26,810 nt of DNA from a virus. Lineage: Duplodnaviria; Caudoviricetes. Below the pieces are notes generated by a model. It ran no database searches. It was not told the origin of the DNA and saw only the letters and a list, made by a program, of their open reading frames with translations. Within the stretch, counting starts at the first letter, position 1. Each line of letters starts with the position of its first letter. Below are positions 7,479-16,730 of this stretch, in pieces. The stretch covers positions 1 through 26,810 of IMG/VR virus record IMGVR_UViG_3300029183_000037, one strand, 5' to 3'. The translations under genes were made by a program, and so were the position numbers.

Positions 7479-9530
7479 ATGACCATAAAAATGTATGACG
7501 GCAAAAAGGCCGTGACAGTTGGGGGAGATGAGGGGTGGTCGTTTTTATTTATTGACGAAGATGAAAACGATATAAACAAATTATACTCGACAGTAGCATG
7601 GTTATATCGCTGTGTAGATATTCGGTCTAATGCTGTTGCAGCAATGCCCTATGAAGTTCGTAAAAACAAAAACACTATATTGACTTATGACGGGTCTACT
7701 TTCAGCGAAGATTTACCACGCGATTTAGAGTTTCTATTCAACTTCCCCATTTTGATGAAGAGAACTGAAACGGCGGCCTGTTTAACCGGTCGTGCCTACT
7801 GGGAAAAGCGGCAAATGTTAAGCGGCCGTGCTTATCAGCATGATTGGCTCATTCCTTCAAGCATCACACCTATTCTAAATGGTGTAGTTGGACTTGGTGG
7901 CGCAAGATATGATGCCTCAAAAGTTTATGGCGACTTGTTAGGATTCTGGCGGCAAAATCCTATGAGTCTCGCTGAATTTTTGGAAATGGAAATAGAGCAA
8001 GTTATCTATTTTTGGTTGCCTGATTATGCTGTTGAAATCGGGCCGGCAATGAATTATCCTGGCAAGGCAGTCCTAGAAAATGCTGGCGTGATTGGCGCAA
8101 TGGATATGTTCCTTCATGGCTATTTCGACAGGGGCATGATAAAAGCCACACTCCTGAAATATAAAAATAACATATCTAATGATGAGGCAAGCCGATTAAA
8201 AGAATGGTGGCAACGGGTAGCCAATGGCATCAAAAATGTATGGTCAACGATTGTTTTGCGTGGCGATTTTGAAGTGATGACCATTGGCGAAGGTATTAAA
8301 GACTTGCGTGATAATGCTTTGAGTGCTGATGAGAAAAAAGATATTGCCGTTGGTATGGGCATTCCACTATCAAAAGTGGACAGCACAGCTTCAACAGATA
8401 GCAACCGAGAGGCAGATGATAGGCAATTTATTGAGGATACTATCATCCCTGAAATCACTTGGATATTTCAGTGTCTTAATCAACAGGTATTTAATCCGTT
8501 GGGGTATAGCCTTGTAGCGATGCCTCAGCAAATGCGTGTAATGCAAACTGATGAGCGGTTACGCTCTGGTGCATTTATGAATTATGTGAATAGCGGTATT
8601 CCTGTAGAGGTTGCGTTAGATATGTTGGGCATTAATGTGCCTGAAGAACATTTGCAGGCTATGCAAGATGAAAAAGAGCAACGGCGCGAAATGGCTATAG
8701 CCATTTCTGGCAATACGCAACAAAAACCTGTTGCCACTGATTCAGAAGACGACAGCCAAGAGGATGATGAAGGAATGAAATTTATTCAGCTTTTGGATAA
8801 GCGGGATGAAATGAATCAGTTTAAGCGATGGCTTAAAAATCGCAACTACAAGGCAATTGATGTAAGCGAATTTAATACTGAGTTTCTCACTATAAAAGAC
8901 AAAATTAATATCGCTATTAGCGAAATACGCAAAAGCACCACCTACAAGGTCAGTAGTATTGACAATGTTACAAAAAGATATGGCAATCAATTAGCAAAAT
9001 TTATTGATAGTGCTATTCGTGAAAATATGCCTGTATCTGATTTTTCCAGTGGTATGAGTGCGGTAGTTAGAGGTGGTTTGCTGGATGTCTTTAAGCAGTC
9101 TATTGGCATTTCTCAGGATGACGATCTAAATCCCAATGAACAAGAAAAATTTATTGAGTTAGTAAACGATCAACTTGTAGCAGTTCGGCGATTCACAACT
9201 GAAATATTTGAAGGCGAAAAAGCAACCAGGTTTGAACGCGTTAAAGAAACTCTACAAGGTTTAGGTTCCAATCTTGGTGGGCGGTTGCAAATGTGGACAA
9301 ATGCAGCTCGTCTATTTTGGAATAATGGGAAAATATTTGGGCGTAATGAAGTTAGTTTAGAGTGGCGCATTGGGGCAACTGAGAATCATTGTGCTGATTG
9401 TTTGCGTTATCATGGTCAAATAAAATCACAATCTGAATGGCAACAGTTAGCTAGTATATTGATATATCCACAATCCAGAGCATTAGATTGCAAAGGATTT
9501 AATTGCGATTGTGGTGTTTATGAAATATAG
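7479..9530 (+). CDS. Portal protein with C-terminal MuF/head-morphogenesis-like extension
   Basis: VAWLYRCVDIRSNAVAAMP, LTGRAYW and IAVGMGIP are HK97-type portal motifs. An acidic linker precedes C-terminal WRIGATENHCADC...CKGFNCDC. Confidence 0.88.
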   Translation: MTIKMYDGKKAVTVGGDEGWSFLFIDEDENDINKLYSTVAWLYRCVDIRSNAVAAMPYEVRKNKNTILTYDGSTFSEDLPRDLEFLFNFPILMKRTETAACLTGRAYWEKRQMLSGRAYQHDWLIPSSITPILNGVVGLGGARYDASKVYGDLLGFWRQNPMSLAEFLEMEIEQVIYFWLPDYAVEIGPAMNYPGKAVLENAGVIGAMDMFLHGYFDRGMIKATLLKYKNNISNDEASRLKEWWQRVANGIKNVWSTIVLRGDFEVMTIGEGIKDLRDNALSADEKKDIAVGMGIPLSKVDSTASTDSNREADDRQFIEDTIIPEITWIFQCLNQQVFNPLGYSLVAMPQQMRVMQTDERLRSGAFMNYVNSGIPVEVALDMLGINVPEEHLQAMQDEKEQRREMAIAISGNTQQKPVATDSEDDSQEDDEGMKFIQLLDKRDEMNQFKRWLKNRNYKAIDVSEFNTEFLTIKDKINIAISEIRKSTTYKVSSIDNVTKRYGNQLAKFIDSAIRENMPVSDFSSGMSAVVRGGLLDVFKQSIGISQDDDLNPNEQEKFIELVNDQLVAVRRFTTEIFEGEKATRFERVKETLQGLGSNLGGRLQMWTNAARLFWNNGKIFGRNEVSLEWRIGATENHCADCLRYHGQIKSQSEWQQLASILIYPQSRALDCKGFNCDCGVYEI

Positions 9531-10431
9531 CCTTGTAGTTGTGTTTCTTTTATTTATTGGTATTGCTCGTTCTATGCCAATTCCAGAGGTCGATGATAGC
9601 GTTGTTTTTATGCCTATTGTCAGCACACCATTTAATAATGGCAAACTAGGACTAGCCTATTGGCATGGTGCATTTACGCAACAACACGGGAGAGAACTAA
9701 ACATAGGCATTAGCCATCATTGGAATACCTATACATTTGGGAAATATCCAGCAATTCCATTCATCTGGTGCATGGGATTATCAGAGAACAATCCTAGCAG
9801 CTGGCAAACAATGGAACGATTGTATGGAAATCAATATGATGGTTATTTATTTGTTGGGAATGAGCCGGATGTGCCCGGTCAATGTGGCGATTATGCAGGA
9901 GACAATCCAAATGATAGCTGGGCTAGATTTACGCGATTTCTATCTGAGACATTCCCGCATGCAAAATTGATTACACCACATACGCATGCTAGATTTTTTG
10001 ATGAACCATCAGAGCATAATGGATTTAGCACAATTGGATTTATTGAAGCATACATAAATCGTTATGGCGAATTCCCGCCGATTGTTGGTATAGGATTACA
10101 TTATGGCAGTCCTGTTAGTCACGCGAGAGAAGCATATTATTATTTGTTGCAGGAATATAATCAGGATTTAGTTATTGCCTATACAGAATTTCAGGTATGT
10201 GGTGGCTATCAGGCGACCTACACCACCCTACAAGGCCTAAACAATTTGCCATATGTGATAGGATTCTTTTATTATACGAATGCTCTACCTGACCCAATCC
10301 CCGATCATGTGTCAGCGACATGCACACTTTATGATAGAGATGGTGATGATTTAATTATGAATGAACGAGGTGAAGCAGTAAGAGACTTCGGCAAAAATAC
10401 AGTAGGAACAAATGCAGGGGTATGGCAATGA
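9520..10431 (+). CDS. Secreted clan GH-A glycoside hydrolase (GH128/Glyco_hydro_cc-like)
   Basis: Signal peptide MKYSLVVVFLLFIGIARS, acid/base motif FVGNEPD, GLHY, and nucleophile motif AYTEF. Confidence 0.7.
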   Translation: MKYSLVVVFLLFIGIARSMPIPEVDDSVVFMPIVSTPFNNGKLGLAYWHGAFTQQHGRELNIGISHHWNTYTFGKYPAIPFIWCMGLSENNPSSWQTMERLYGNQYDGYLFVGNEPDVPGQCGDYAGDNPNDSWARFTRFLSETFPHAKLITPHTHARFFDEPSEHNGFSTIGFIEAYINRYGEFPPIVGIGLHYGSPVSHAREAYYYLLQEYNQDLVIAYTEFQVCGGYQATYTTLQGLNNLPYVIGFFYYTNALPDPIPDHVSATCTLYDRDGDDLIMNERGEAVRDFGKNTVGTNAGVWQ

Positions 10432-10700
10432 TAGAAAGTCCCAGTTTAGATTTATTTTTATCCGCGATTCAAACAGGCTCTAGTGTTGTTTTTCTTGGGT
10501 TAATGGTTTGGGCCTTTTATAGTGGTAAAGTTATCCCACGCTCGACGGTTGATGAGATGATGGAAACGCAGCGAATCCAGACAAAATTCACAACAAAAGA
10601 AATTGTAGAACATATTGGCGACATAGTAGAGAAGGCTGTTGAAAGCGGTATTGAACGCGGAATGGTCGCAGTCAAAAAAATGGATATGAATAATGATTGA
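10428..10700 (+). CDS. Small membrane protein, holin-like
   Basis: ATGA overlap with the GH stop codon; one TM (SVVFLGLMVWAFY) followed by GKVIPR and a charged helix. Confidence 0.6.
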   Translation: MIESPSLDLFLSAIQTGSSVVFLGLMVWAFYSGKVIPRSTVDEMMETQRIQTKFTTKEIVEHIGDIVEKAVESGIERGMVAVKKMDMNND

Positions 10701-10866
10701 AACTTTACAATTAGTATCTAGTATTTTTGATTCAATTGTTAGCCTTGTAGCGTTTTTGGCGATTCTTTTTATTACAAATAGGTTTGTGCAATATCTTGAA
10801 TCGAGAGAAAACAGAGACGATATGATTATTGAGTTGTTGAGGAAGCAAAATGAACAAAAGGAATGA
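10693..10866 (+). CDS. 57-aa single-TM protein, holin-like (not in ORF track)
   Basis: MIETLQLVSSIFDSIVSLVAFLAILFITNRFVQYLESRENRDDMIIELLRKQNEQKE; overlaps the upstream stop codon. Confidence 0.6.
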   Translation: MIETLQLVSSIFDSIVSLVAFLAILFITNRFVQYLESRENRDDMIIELLRKQNEQKE

Positions 10867-10936
10867 AATGTGGGGGTATTTTGCATTGGCAATCATTGCA
10901 ATAATACTCATTTTAGTAATTGTGCGAATGCTATGA
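10850..10936 (+). CDS. 28-aa single-TM peptide (not in ORF track)
   Basis: MNKRNEMWGYFALAIIAIILILVIVRML; GAGG upstream; its stop overlaps the next ATG (ATGA). Confidence 0.45.
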   Translation: MNKRNEMWGYFALAIIAIILILVIVRML

Positions 10937-11124
10937 GAAATCAATTAACATGCCACAACATAAATATACCACTCTACATAACGCCAAGTGAATTAAAGAA
11001 AATTCAACAAAACGCAATGCAGACTAATATGACCTGGGAAGCATATTTAGAGCACACCACCTACAAGGCCATTGAACGTATGATAAAACTGCCTCGGTTG
11101 ACAAAACCACCTAATACAGGATAG
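10933..11124 (+). CDS. Small protein, possibly ribbon-helix-helix-like
   Basis: 3' part of track ORF 10870..11124; NIPLYITPSELKKIQQNA..MTWEAYL gives a beta-alpha-alpha pattern. Confidence 0.45.
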   Translation: MRNQLTCHNINIPLYITPSELKKIQQNAMQTNMTWEAYLEHTTYKAIERMIKLPRLTKPPNTG

Positions 11125-11127
11125 GAT
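11098..11127 (+). promoter_or_regulatory. Candidate promoter TTGACA-18-TAGGAT for the protease/capsid gene
   Basis: Perfect -35 at 11098-11103; -10-like TAGGAT at 11122-11127, 6 nt before ATG 11134. Confidence 0.45.
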
Positions 11128-11133
11128 TAGATT

Positions 11134-12960
11134 ATGGAATACCTAAAAATTCTTGATGAACAATCTACCGATGATGAGCTAATAATTGAAGGTTATTTAG
11201 CTTTGTTTGGTGGCAAGGATTTAACTGGCGAGACTTTCACTAAGTCTACTCAGTTTGAATCGAATTATACGAAGCTTAATTCTGTTCTAATTGATTGGGA
11301 ACATGGCATGCGACCAGACGGCTATGATTCGCCTGGTGTTGATGATGTGCTAGGCAGAATAAATTGGAAAGAATCAAAAGCTGATGATACTGGTTTGTTG
11401 GTGCAACGAATTTTAGATCGTCGTAATCGCTATGTAAAAGAAATAGTGGAGCCATTGGCAAGAGCTAATTTACTCGCCTCTAGTTCTGAGGCAATTCCCG
11501 AAGGGGTAACAAAAACCAAAAATGGTATTATTCAGACATGGCCGTTAAAACGTGATACGTTTACGGTTATGCCTGCTGAACCACGATTAATGACTGATAA
11601 TCAAATGAAAATTATCAAGTCTTTATCTGATAAATATCCAGCCTTTAAGAGCTTGTTAATTGTTGATGACGGCCAGGAAACCGTAACAGGCAACACCCTA
11701 CAAGGCAATAAAAAAACTGGAGAAATTGAAATGACAAAAGAAGAAATTGAAGCTCTGGTAGCTAAAGCAGTAAAATCTGCTTTGGACGGGCAACCAGATT
11801 ATTCCGATTTGATTAAGCAAGTCGGGCAAGAAGCTGCAACCGAAGCGGTAAAGGCCTATCTTGACAGCACTCCCAAACCAAAAAAGGGGATGGTGCAAGT
11901 TGTCGAAGATGAAACTGATAAAGCCGTGAAATCAAACCCCCATAAATTAGGGCTGTTTTGTAAAGCGGTTCAGTTTGCGACTGTATCCCCCTCTAATTTG
12001 CAGAATGAGCATAAGGCTATTTTAGGTGCTAATGAATCTGTGCCTGAAGATGGCGGCTATCTAGTTGGCACTGAACAGGTGCAAACAGTCGAAAAGAAAA
12101 TGCACGACACGGCTGTATTTTCTAGTCGTGCCTTAAATCGCAGTATTACGAATGGCGCAAATTCTGTCGACTTTTTTGGCGTGAGTGAAAATTCACGCGC
12201 TAATGGTTCTCGTTATGGCGGTGTCAGAGGGTATCGAATGGCAGAAGGCCAAACGATTACAGCAAGCCAGATGAAGTTTTATAAATATAATTTGAAGCCA
12301 GAAAAGTATGCGGTCGTCACATACGCAAGTGATGAAATTTTGGCCGATACTGGGCTTTTGCAGCAAGAAATCATGGATGCTGTCCCTCAAGAATTAGCAT
12401 TCATGCTTGACGATGATATGCTGAATGGTTCATCCGCTGGTTATCCTAGTGGTATTTTGAATCACGCATCATTGATTACTGTTGCGAAAGAGACAGGACA
12501 AGCCGCAACTACGCTAGTTGCTCAAAATATTATCAATATGTGGGCGCGTCGTTGGGCAAAGGGTAATTATGTCTGGTTCATCAATCAGGATGTTACTCCG
12601 CAATTGCATCAACTTAATTTACCTGTTGGTACAGGTGGCGCATTGGTTTACATGCCACCGGGCGGATTAAGTGGAAGCGAACACGGAACCTTGTACGGGC
12701 GGCCCGTAGTTGAAACTGAATTCAATGAGACACTTGGCACGGTTGGCGATATTGTTTTAGCTGACTGGGGGCAGTATAAATTGGCTAGCAAAGGTAGTAT
12801 GCAAGTTGCGACTTCTATTCATGTCCAATTCCTAACTGACCAAACCGCATTCCGATTCACGGCACGGTATGATGGTCAGCCAACTTGGAAATCAGCCCTA
12901 ACCCCATACAAGGGCACTAATACCCAATCTCCGTTTGTTGCTTTAGCTACACGGTCATAA
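11134..12960 (+). CDS. Prohead protease fused in frame to HK97-fold major capsid protein
   Basis: N-terminal IEGYLALFGGKDLTGETF...WEHG...SSS...TVMPAEPR is protease-like. C-terminal DGGYLV, EGQTITAS, SDEILAD, LNGSSAGYPSGIL, LYGRPV and DQTAFRFTARYDGQP are MCP motifs. Confidence 0.92.
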   Translation: MEYLKILDEQSTDDELIIEGYLALFGGKDLTGETFTKSTQFESNYTKLNSVLIDWEHGMRPDGYDSPGVDDVLGRINWKESKADDTGLLVQRILDRRNRYVKEIVEPLARANLLASSSEAIPEGVTKTKNGIIQTWPLKRDTFTVMPAEPRLMTDNQMKIIKSLSDKYPAFKSLLIVDDGQETVTGNTLQGNKKTGEIEMTKEEIEALVAKAVKSALDGQPDYSDLIKQVGQEAATEAVKAYLDSTPKPKKGMVQVVEDETDKAVKSNPHKLGLFCKAVQFATVSPSNLQNEHKAILGANESVPEDGGYLVGTEQVQTVEKKMHDTAVFSSRALNRSITNGANSVDFFGVSENSRANGSRYGGVRGYRMAEGQTITASQMKFYKYNLKPEKYAVVTYASDEILADTGLLQQEIMDAVPQELAFMLDDDMLNGSSAGYPSGILNHASLITVAKETGQAATTLVAQNIINMWARRWAKGNYVWFINQDVTPQLHQLNLPVGTGGALVYMPPGGLSGSEHGTLYGRPVVETEFNETLGTVGDIVLADWGQYKLASKGSMQVATSIHVQFLTDQTAFRFTARYDGQPTWKSALTPYKGTNTQSPFVALATRS

Positions 12961-12978
12961 TTAGAGAGGTAAAATAAA

Positions 12979-13440
12979 ATGCACGCTCCAAGTAATTTAC
13001 ATTACATTAATGCTCTTCCTCCTGTAGCTGATGCTTTTGCTAGCACTGCGATTAGCGATGTCATTAAAGTTGACGGGGCTGGAATTGAGTTTTTAGTTTA
13101 TCGTGGCGTAGGCACCACAGGCACGAGTACCGTTACAGTGCTAGCTTGTGATGATGTTACGCCAAGTAATACAACTGCCGTTACTTTCTGGTACAAAGAA
13201 ATCACCAGCGACCCTGGTGATACGTCATGGACTCTGACAACTACGTCAGGATTTACAACCACCGCCGGAAGCAATGCTATGTTCCGAATTTGGGTTCCTG
13301 CCGATTTAATTGGTGCAAACGGTTATAATTATGCTCAATTAAGCATGGCTGAATCTGTTGATGCAGCTGTGCTCGGTGGCATTTTGGCAATCTTACATGA
13401 GCCAAAAGTGCAGCCGGTAGAGGCAACAGTTATTACTTAG
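12979..13440 (+). CDS. Putative capsid decoration/minor head protein
   Basis: Directly after the MCP with a GAGGT RBS; beta-rich, 153 aa. Confidence 0.55.
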   Translation: MHAPSNLHYINALPPVADAFASTAISDVIKVDGAGIEFLVYRGVGTTGTSTVTVLACDDVTPSNTTAVTFWYKEITSDPGDTSWTLTTTSGFTTTAGSNAMFRIWVPADLIGANGYNYAQLSMAESVDAAVLGGILAILHEPKVQPVEATVIT

Positions 13441-13447
13441 TTTTGTA

Positions 13448-13494
13448 GGAATGCCTTGTAGGTGTGATGAGGATAACCCCCTACAAGGCATTCC
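13448..13494. repeat. Perfect 15-bp inverted repeat built from two CTACAAGG motifs
   Basis: GGAATGCCTTGTAGG (13448-13462), 17-nt loop, CCTACAAGGCATTCC (13480-13494); intergenic. Confidence 0.9.
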
Positions 13495-13533
13495 AATTCT
13501 CACACAGGTTAGAATCCTGAAAGGAATATTAAA

Positions 13534-14433
13534 ATGACACGAACAGCTTTATTCTCTCGTAATCAGCCAGGTGGTGTATTCACCATCGACGACTTGCGAG
13601 AACATCCTGGCGATATTTATTTCGTCGATTCTGGTAGTGGTACTGATGGCTCTGGTTATGGTAAAAATCCAGATTCGCCATTCGCTACTGTTGACTATGC
13701 GATTGGTCAATGCACTGCTAATCAAGGCGATGTAATTTATGTATTGCCTGGTCATACTGAAACAGTTGACGCAGCGGCCGCAATTGATATTGATGTTGCT
13801 GGTATAAAAATTGTTGGGTTAGGCGAAGGATTCACTCGCCCAACATTTGATTTTGATGCTGACACATCTACAATTGAAGTTGCAGCGGCAAATTGCACGA
13901 TTGAAAACTGTATTTTCACGGCTTCATCTGCTGACGTTGCAAAGGCAATTGATGTAAATGCCGTAGGATTTACTATTAAAGATTGCCTGTTTTTGGAAGA
14001 TACCACAGATGAGGCGTTTACAGTTTGTATTCTAGGCGCAACATCTAACACCAGCGACTATATTACAGTTTCTAACTGTAAATTTATTTGCCCTGATGCG
14101 TCCGCTTCCAGTTGTATTCAATTGGTTGGGGGCCAGGGTCATGAAGTGCGTGATTGCGTATTCATGGGCGATTGGTCAGCAGGTGCAATCGACCTAGATA
14201 ACACGCCTACTTATGTATTGCTTTTACGTAATCTCATCTACAATGCTGACGATACTGCCGATAATCTGGTAAATGCTAGCGCAACGGCTACAGGCATTTG
14301 CGCCTATAATGGTGGTGGTAATGCTGATACACAAGCGAATCAATTCACAGCTACAGCAATGGCAGTAGTTGAAAATTATGGCGGCGTAATCAGTGAAGAT
14401 TTATCAGCCATCCTAGACCCAATTGCAACATAA
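13534..14433 (+). CDS. Right-handed beta-helix virion-associated protein
   Basis: YFVDSGSGTD..G...PFATVDYAI...GDVIYVLPGH...RPTF followed by repeated TIENCIF/TIKDCLF/TVSNCKF coils. Confidence 0.75.
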   Translation: MTRTALFSRNQPGGVFTIDDLREHPGDIYFVDSGSGTDGSGYGKNPDSPFATVDYAIGQCTANQGDVIYVLPGHTETVDAAAAIDIDVAGIKIVGLGEGFTRPTFDFDADTSTIEVAAANCTIENCIFTASSADVAKAIDVNAVGFTIKDCLFLEDTTDEAFTVCILGATSNTSDYITVSNCKFICPDASASSCIQLVGGQGHEVRDCVFMGDWSAGAIDLDNTPTYVLLLRNLIYNADDTADNLVNASATATGICAYNGGGNADTQANQFTATAMAVVENYGGVISEDLSAILDPIAT

Positions 14434-14708
14434 TGAAAATCACTTTCTTGGAAGAACATTGTAGCGTCCTTTCGGGTAACTCGTTTTATGAGGTCGGTGT
14501 AAAAGCCGACCTCAGACGAGGCCAAGAATTGATTGATGCTGGAATTGCCTATGCAGGATGGGGAAAACATCCCACCAACCTGCAAGGCGAATCAAATGAT
14601 TTGCAAGATTTGCCATTAGATGATTTACGCAACATGGCAAAAGAAAGGGGTATTCGTGGCTATTGGAATATGAAAGAGGAAACTCTTATAGAAAGGTTAG
14701 GTGAGTAA
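14433..14708 (+). CDS. Small protein with Rho N-terminal/HeH-like domain
   Basis: C-terminal LQDLPLDDLRNMAKERGIRGYWNMKEETLIERL. Confidence 0.7.
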   Translation: MKITFLEEHCSVLSGNSFYEVGVKADLRRGQELIDAGIAYAGWGKHPTNLQGESNDLQDLPLDDLRNMAKERGIRGYWNMKEETLIERLGE

Positions 14709-15121
14709 TGGCCGGTTCAAGCATGACATTTGCCTATGATAAAATAGGAACTATTAGAAAAATAATCATTGATTGGACGAGCGATAGTGCTACCGGTGCA
14801 GTATCGGGCACGACTAAGAAAATTACAGGTACTTTATTAAAAGGAATTACCGATCCTGGTGCAACTGCCCCTACCGACAATTATGATATTGTTGTTACTG
14901 ATGAGGAAGGCGTAAACGTTCTGGGCAATTGTGTAGATGATTTGGCGAATAGAGACACTAGCAATACTGAAGAAGTTTATTTTCTTGTCTCCAATTTAGC
15001 GGCGACTGACCCTGCCGGCAATACTCATCCTGTAGTTTGTGATAAGCTTACATTTACCATAACTAATGCAGGCAATTCAAAAACTGGTCAAATTGTTATT
15101 TATTATCGGCATGAAGGATGA
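14708..15121 (+). CDS. Hypothetical virion protein
   Basis: TAATG-coupled to the upstream gene; beta-rich; lies in the head-neck region. Confidence 0.6.
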   Translation: MAGSSMTFAYDKIGTIRKIIIDWTSDSATGAVSGTTKKITGTLLKGITDPGATAPTDNYDIVVTDEEGVNVLGNCVDDLANRDTSNTEEVYFLVSNLAATDPAGNTHPVVCDKLTFTITNAGNSKTGQIVIYYRHEG

Positions 15122-15750
15122 CAATAACTAACGGCTATATCACGCTCAAGGAACTAAAAGGTCATCTTGCTTCTTCTGGATTACCGACTGAGTTTACACC
15201 AGAAGAAGAAAAGCAAATGGAAATTGCTATTGAGGCATGTTGTCGCTTTGTAGATGACCATCACGATACAAATTTTTATGGTGAGACTGGCACAAAATAC
15301 TATACGTCTAGTCAACCTGATTTGCTCTGGATTGATGATTTAGTTAGCCTAACGACTTTGAAAACTGATGAAGATGGAGATGGTGTTTACGAAAATAACT
15401 GGACTAGTTCTGACTATTGGCTTGAGCCACGAAACGCGCAGGTGTTCACTGAACCTAGACCATATCGGCAAATTCGTATAAATCCTAATGGCGATTATTC
15501 ATTTCCAACGGCGATTCGTTATGGCGTTGAGATAGCTGGCGATTGGGGTTATTCATCCTCTGCGCCAAAAGTTATTAAGGAAGCTGTTTTGTTAATGTCG
15601 AACAGAATCTATCGTCGAAAAGATGCTATATTTGGAGTGTCTGGTACGGCTGGATTAGGTGTGACAGTAGTCAAAGCTAAAATTCAGGAAGATTCAGACA
15701 TCATCAAACTCCTACAAGGCGTTGACCTGAGAGCGTTTTATGCAATTTGA
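15118..15750 (+). CDS. Head-tail connector/adaptor (gp6/gp15-like)
   Basis: YITLKELK...IEACCRFVD...WGY..APKVIKEAVLLMSNRIYRRK; position after the head genes. Confidence 0.8.
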   Translation: MTITNGYITLKELKGHLASSGLPTEFTPEEEKQMEIAIEACCRFVDDHHDTNFYGETGTKYYTSSQPDLLWIDDLVSLTTLKTDEDGDGVYENNWTSSDYWLEPRNAQVFTEPRPYRQIRINPNGDYSFPTAIRYGVEIAGDWGYSSSAPKVIKEAVLLMSNRIYRRKDAIFGVSGTAGLGVTVVKAKIQEDSDIIKLLQGVDLRAFYAI

Positions 15751-16144
15751 TTTAGAAATCAGAGGAACAAATAGAGTGCGCAATCAATTGCGCGCAGTCG
15801 CTTCATTCCATCCTAATAAAACGGATGCGGTCATTGGCAAACATGCACGAGCAGAACGAATACGATTAAAAGCAAAACCATATCCCCCTCGCTTGCCCGG
15901 TCAGATATATCGGCGCACAGGCAATATAGCTAACCGATTCTTTTCACGTAAAAAAAGTATGGGCGTTTGGGAAATTGGTAATTCAGCCTTGTATGCGGCT
16001 TGGGTTATTAAGAAAGGAATGCAAAACCGCAAATATCATAAAGGTCGTTGGTGGACTGGTGATGATGTTCTGGCCGAACGAATGCCAATGCTCACCAAAG
16101 CACTATCCGAAAAGCTAGAGGCAATATTGAATGGCATCTCTTGA
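15740..16144 (+). CDS. Neck/tail-completion protein (HK97 gp10-like)
   Basis: Basic protein with IRG..V, YRRTGNI and IGNSALYAAWV motifs. Confidence 0.65.
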   Translation: MQFDLEIRGTNRVRNQLRAVASFHPNKTDAVIGKHARAERIRLKAKPYPPRLPGQIYRRTGNIANRFFSRKKSMGVWEIGNSALYAAWVIKKGMQNRKYHKGRWWTGDDVLAERMPMLTKALSEKLEAILNGIS

Positions 16145-16574
16145 CTTCGCTCTACAAGGTTTTATATCAGAAGTCTTGCAGATTGTTCGTGGCATTCCAC
16201 ATTTGCGTTATGTTCCTGACAATCCGCCGTTGCAGGTTCCATTTTGGCCGATGGTGACAATGTACGCATCATCAGGAACCGTCAATACAGAAGGTCAGCC
16301 GTCGGGAATATTCAAAGAATTGCATAATCCGTCAATTGCCGTAGTGGTTCCATTGGACAATCTCGAAAGAGCAAATGAATTTATGTTACCGTTAATTCAA
16401 GCAATTCCATATGAAATAAAAAAGGGATTGATACACGACGGGCGAAGCGGGCACGCGCATACGTTTGGTGAAATTGAATACACATTAGGGCCAATTGAAT
16501 GGCCGCAAGGATTAGATATGTTCGGGCTACTATTCACAATTAATAATGTGAAAGTAGAAAATACGGTAAGTTAA
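16131..16574 (+). CDS. Putative tail terminator
   Basis: 147 aa, between the neck and tail-tube genes. Confidence 0.55.
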   Translation: MASLDFALQGFISEVLQIVRGIPHLRYVPDNPPLQVPFWPMVTMYASSGTVNTEGQPSGIFKELHNPSIAVVVPLDNLERANEFMLPLIQAIPYEIKKGLIHDGRSGHAHTFGEIEYTLGPIEWPQGLDMFGLLFTINNVKVENTVS

Positions 16575-16730
16575 ATGGCACTTAAATATATTAAGGGAAG
16601 CGGCCACCTTGTAGGGGTTCCTTCTCGTGATTTATCAGATGATGAAATTAAAAAATATGGTGGTATAAAATATCTTGTAGATAGTGGTAAATACAAGAAA
16701 ATAGCCACTGAGAAAAAGGAGAGTAAATAA
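16575..16730 (+). CDS. 51-aa hypothetical protein (not in ORF track)
   Basis: MALKYIKGSGHLVGVPSRDLSDDEIKKYGG...; fills the gap exactly, and its stop overlaps the tail-tube ATG. Confidence 0.65.
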   Translation: MALKYIKGSGHLVGVPSRDLSDDEIKKYGGIKYLVDSGKYKKIATEKKESK

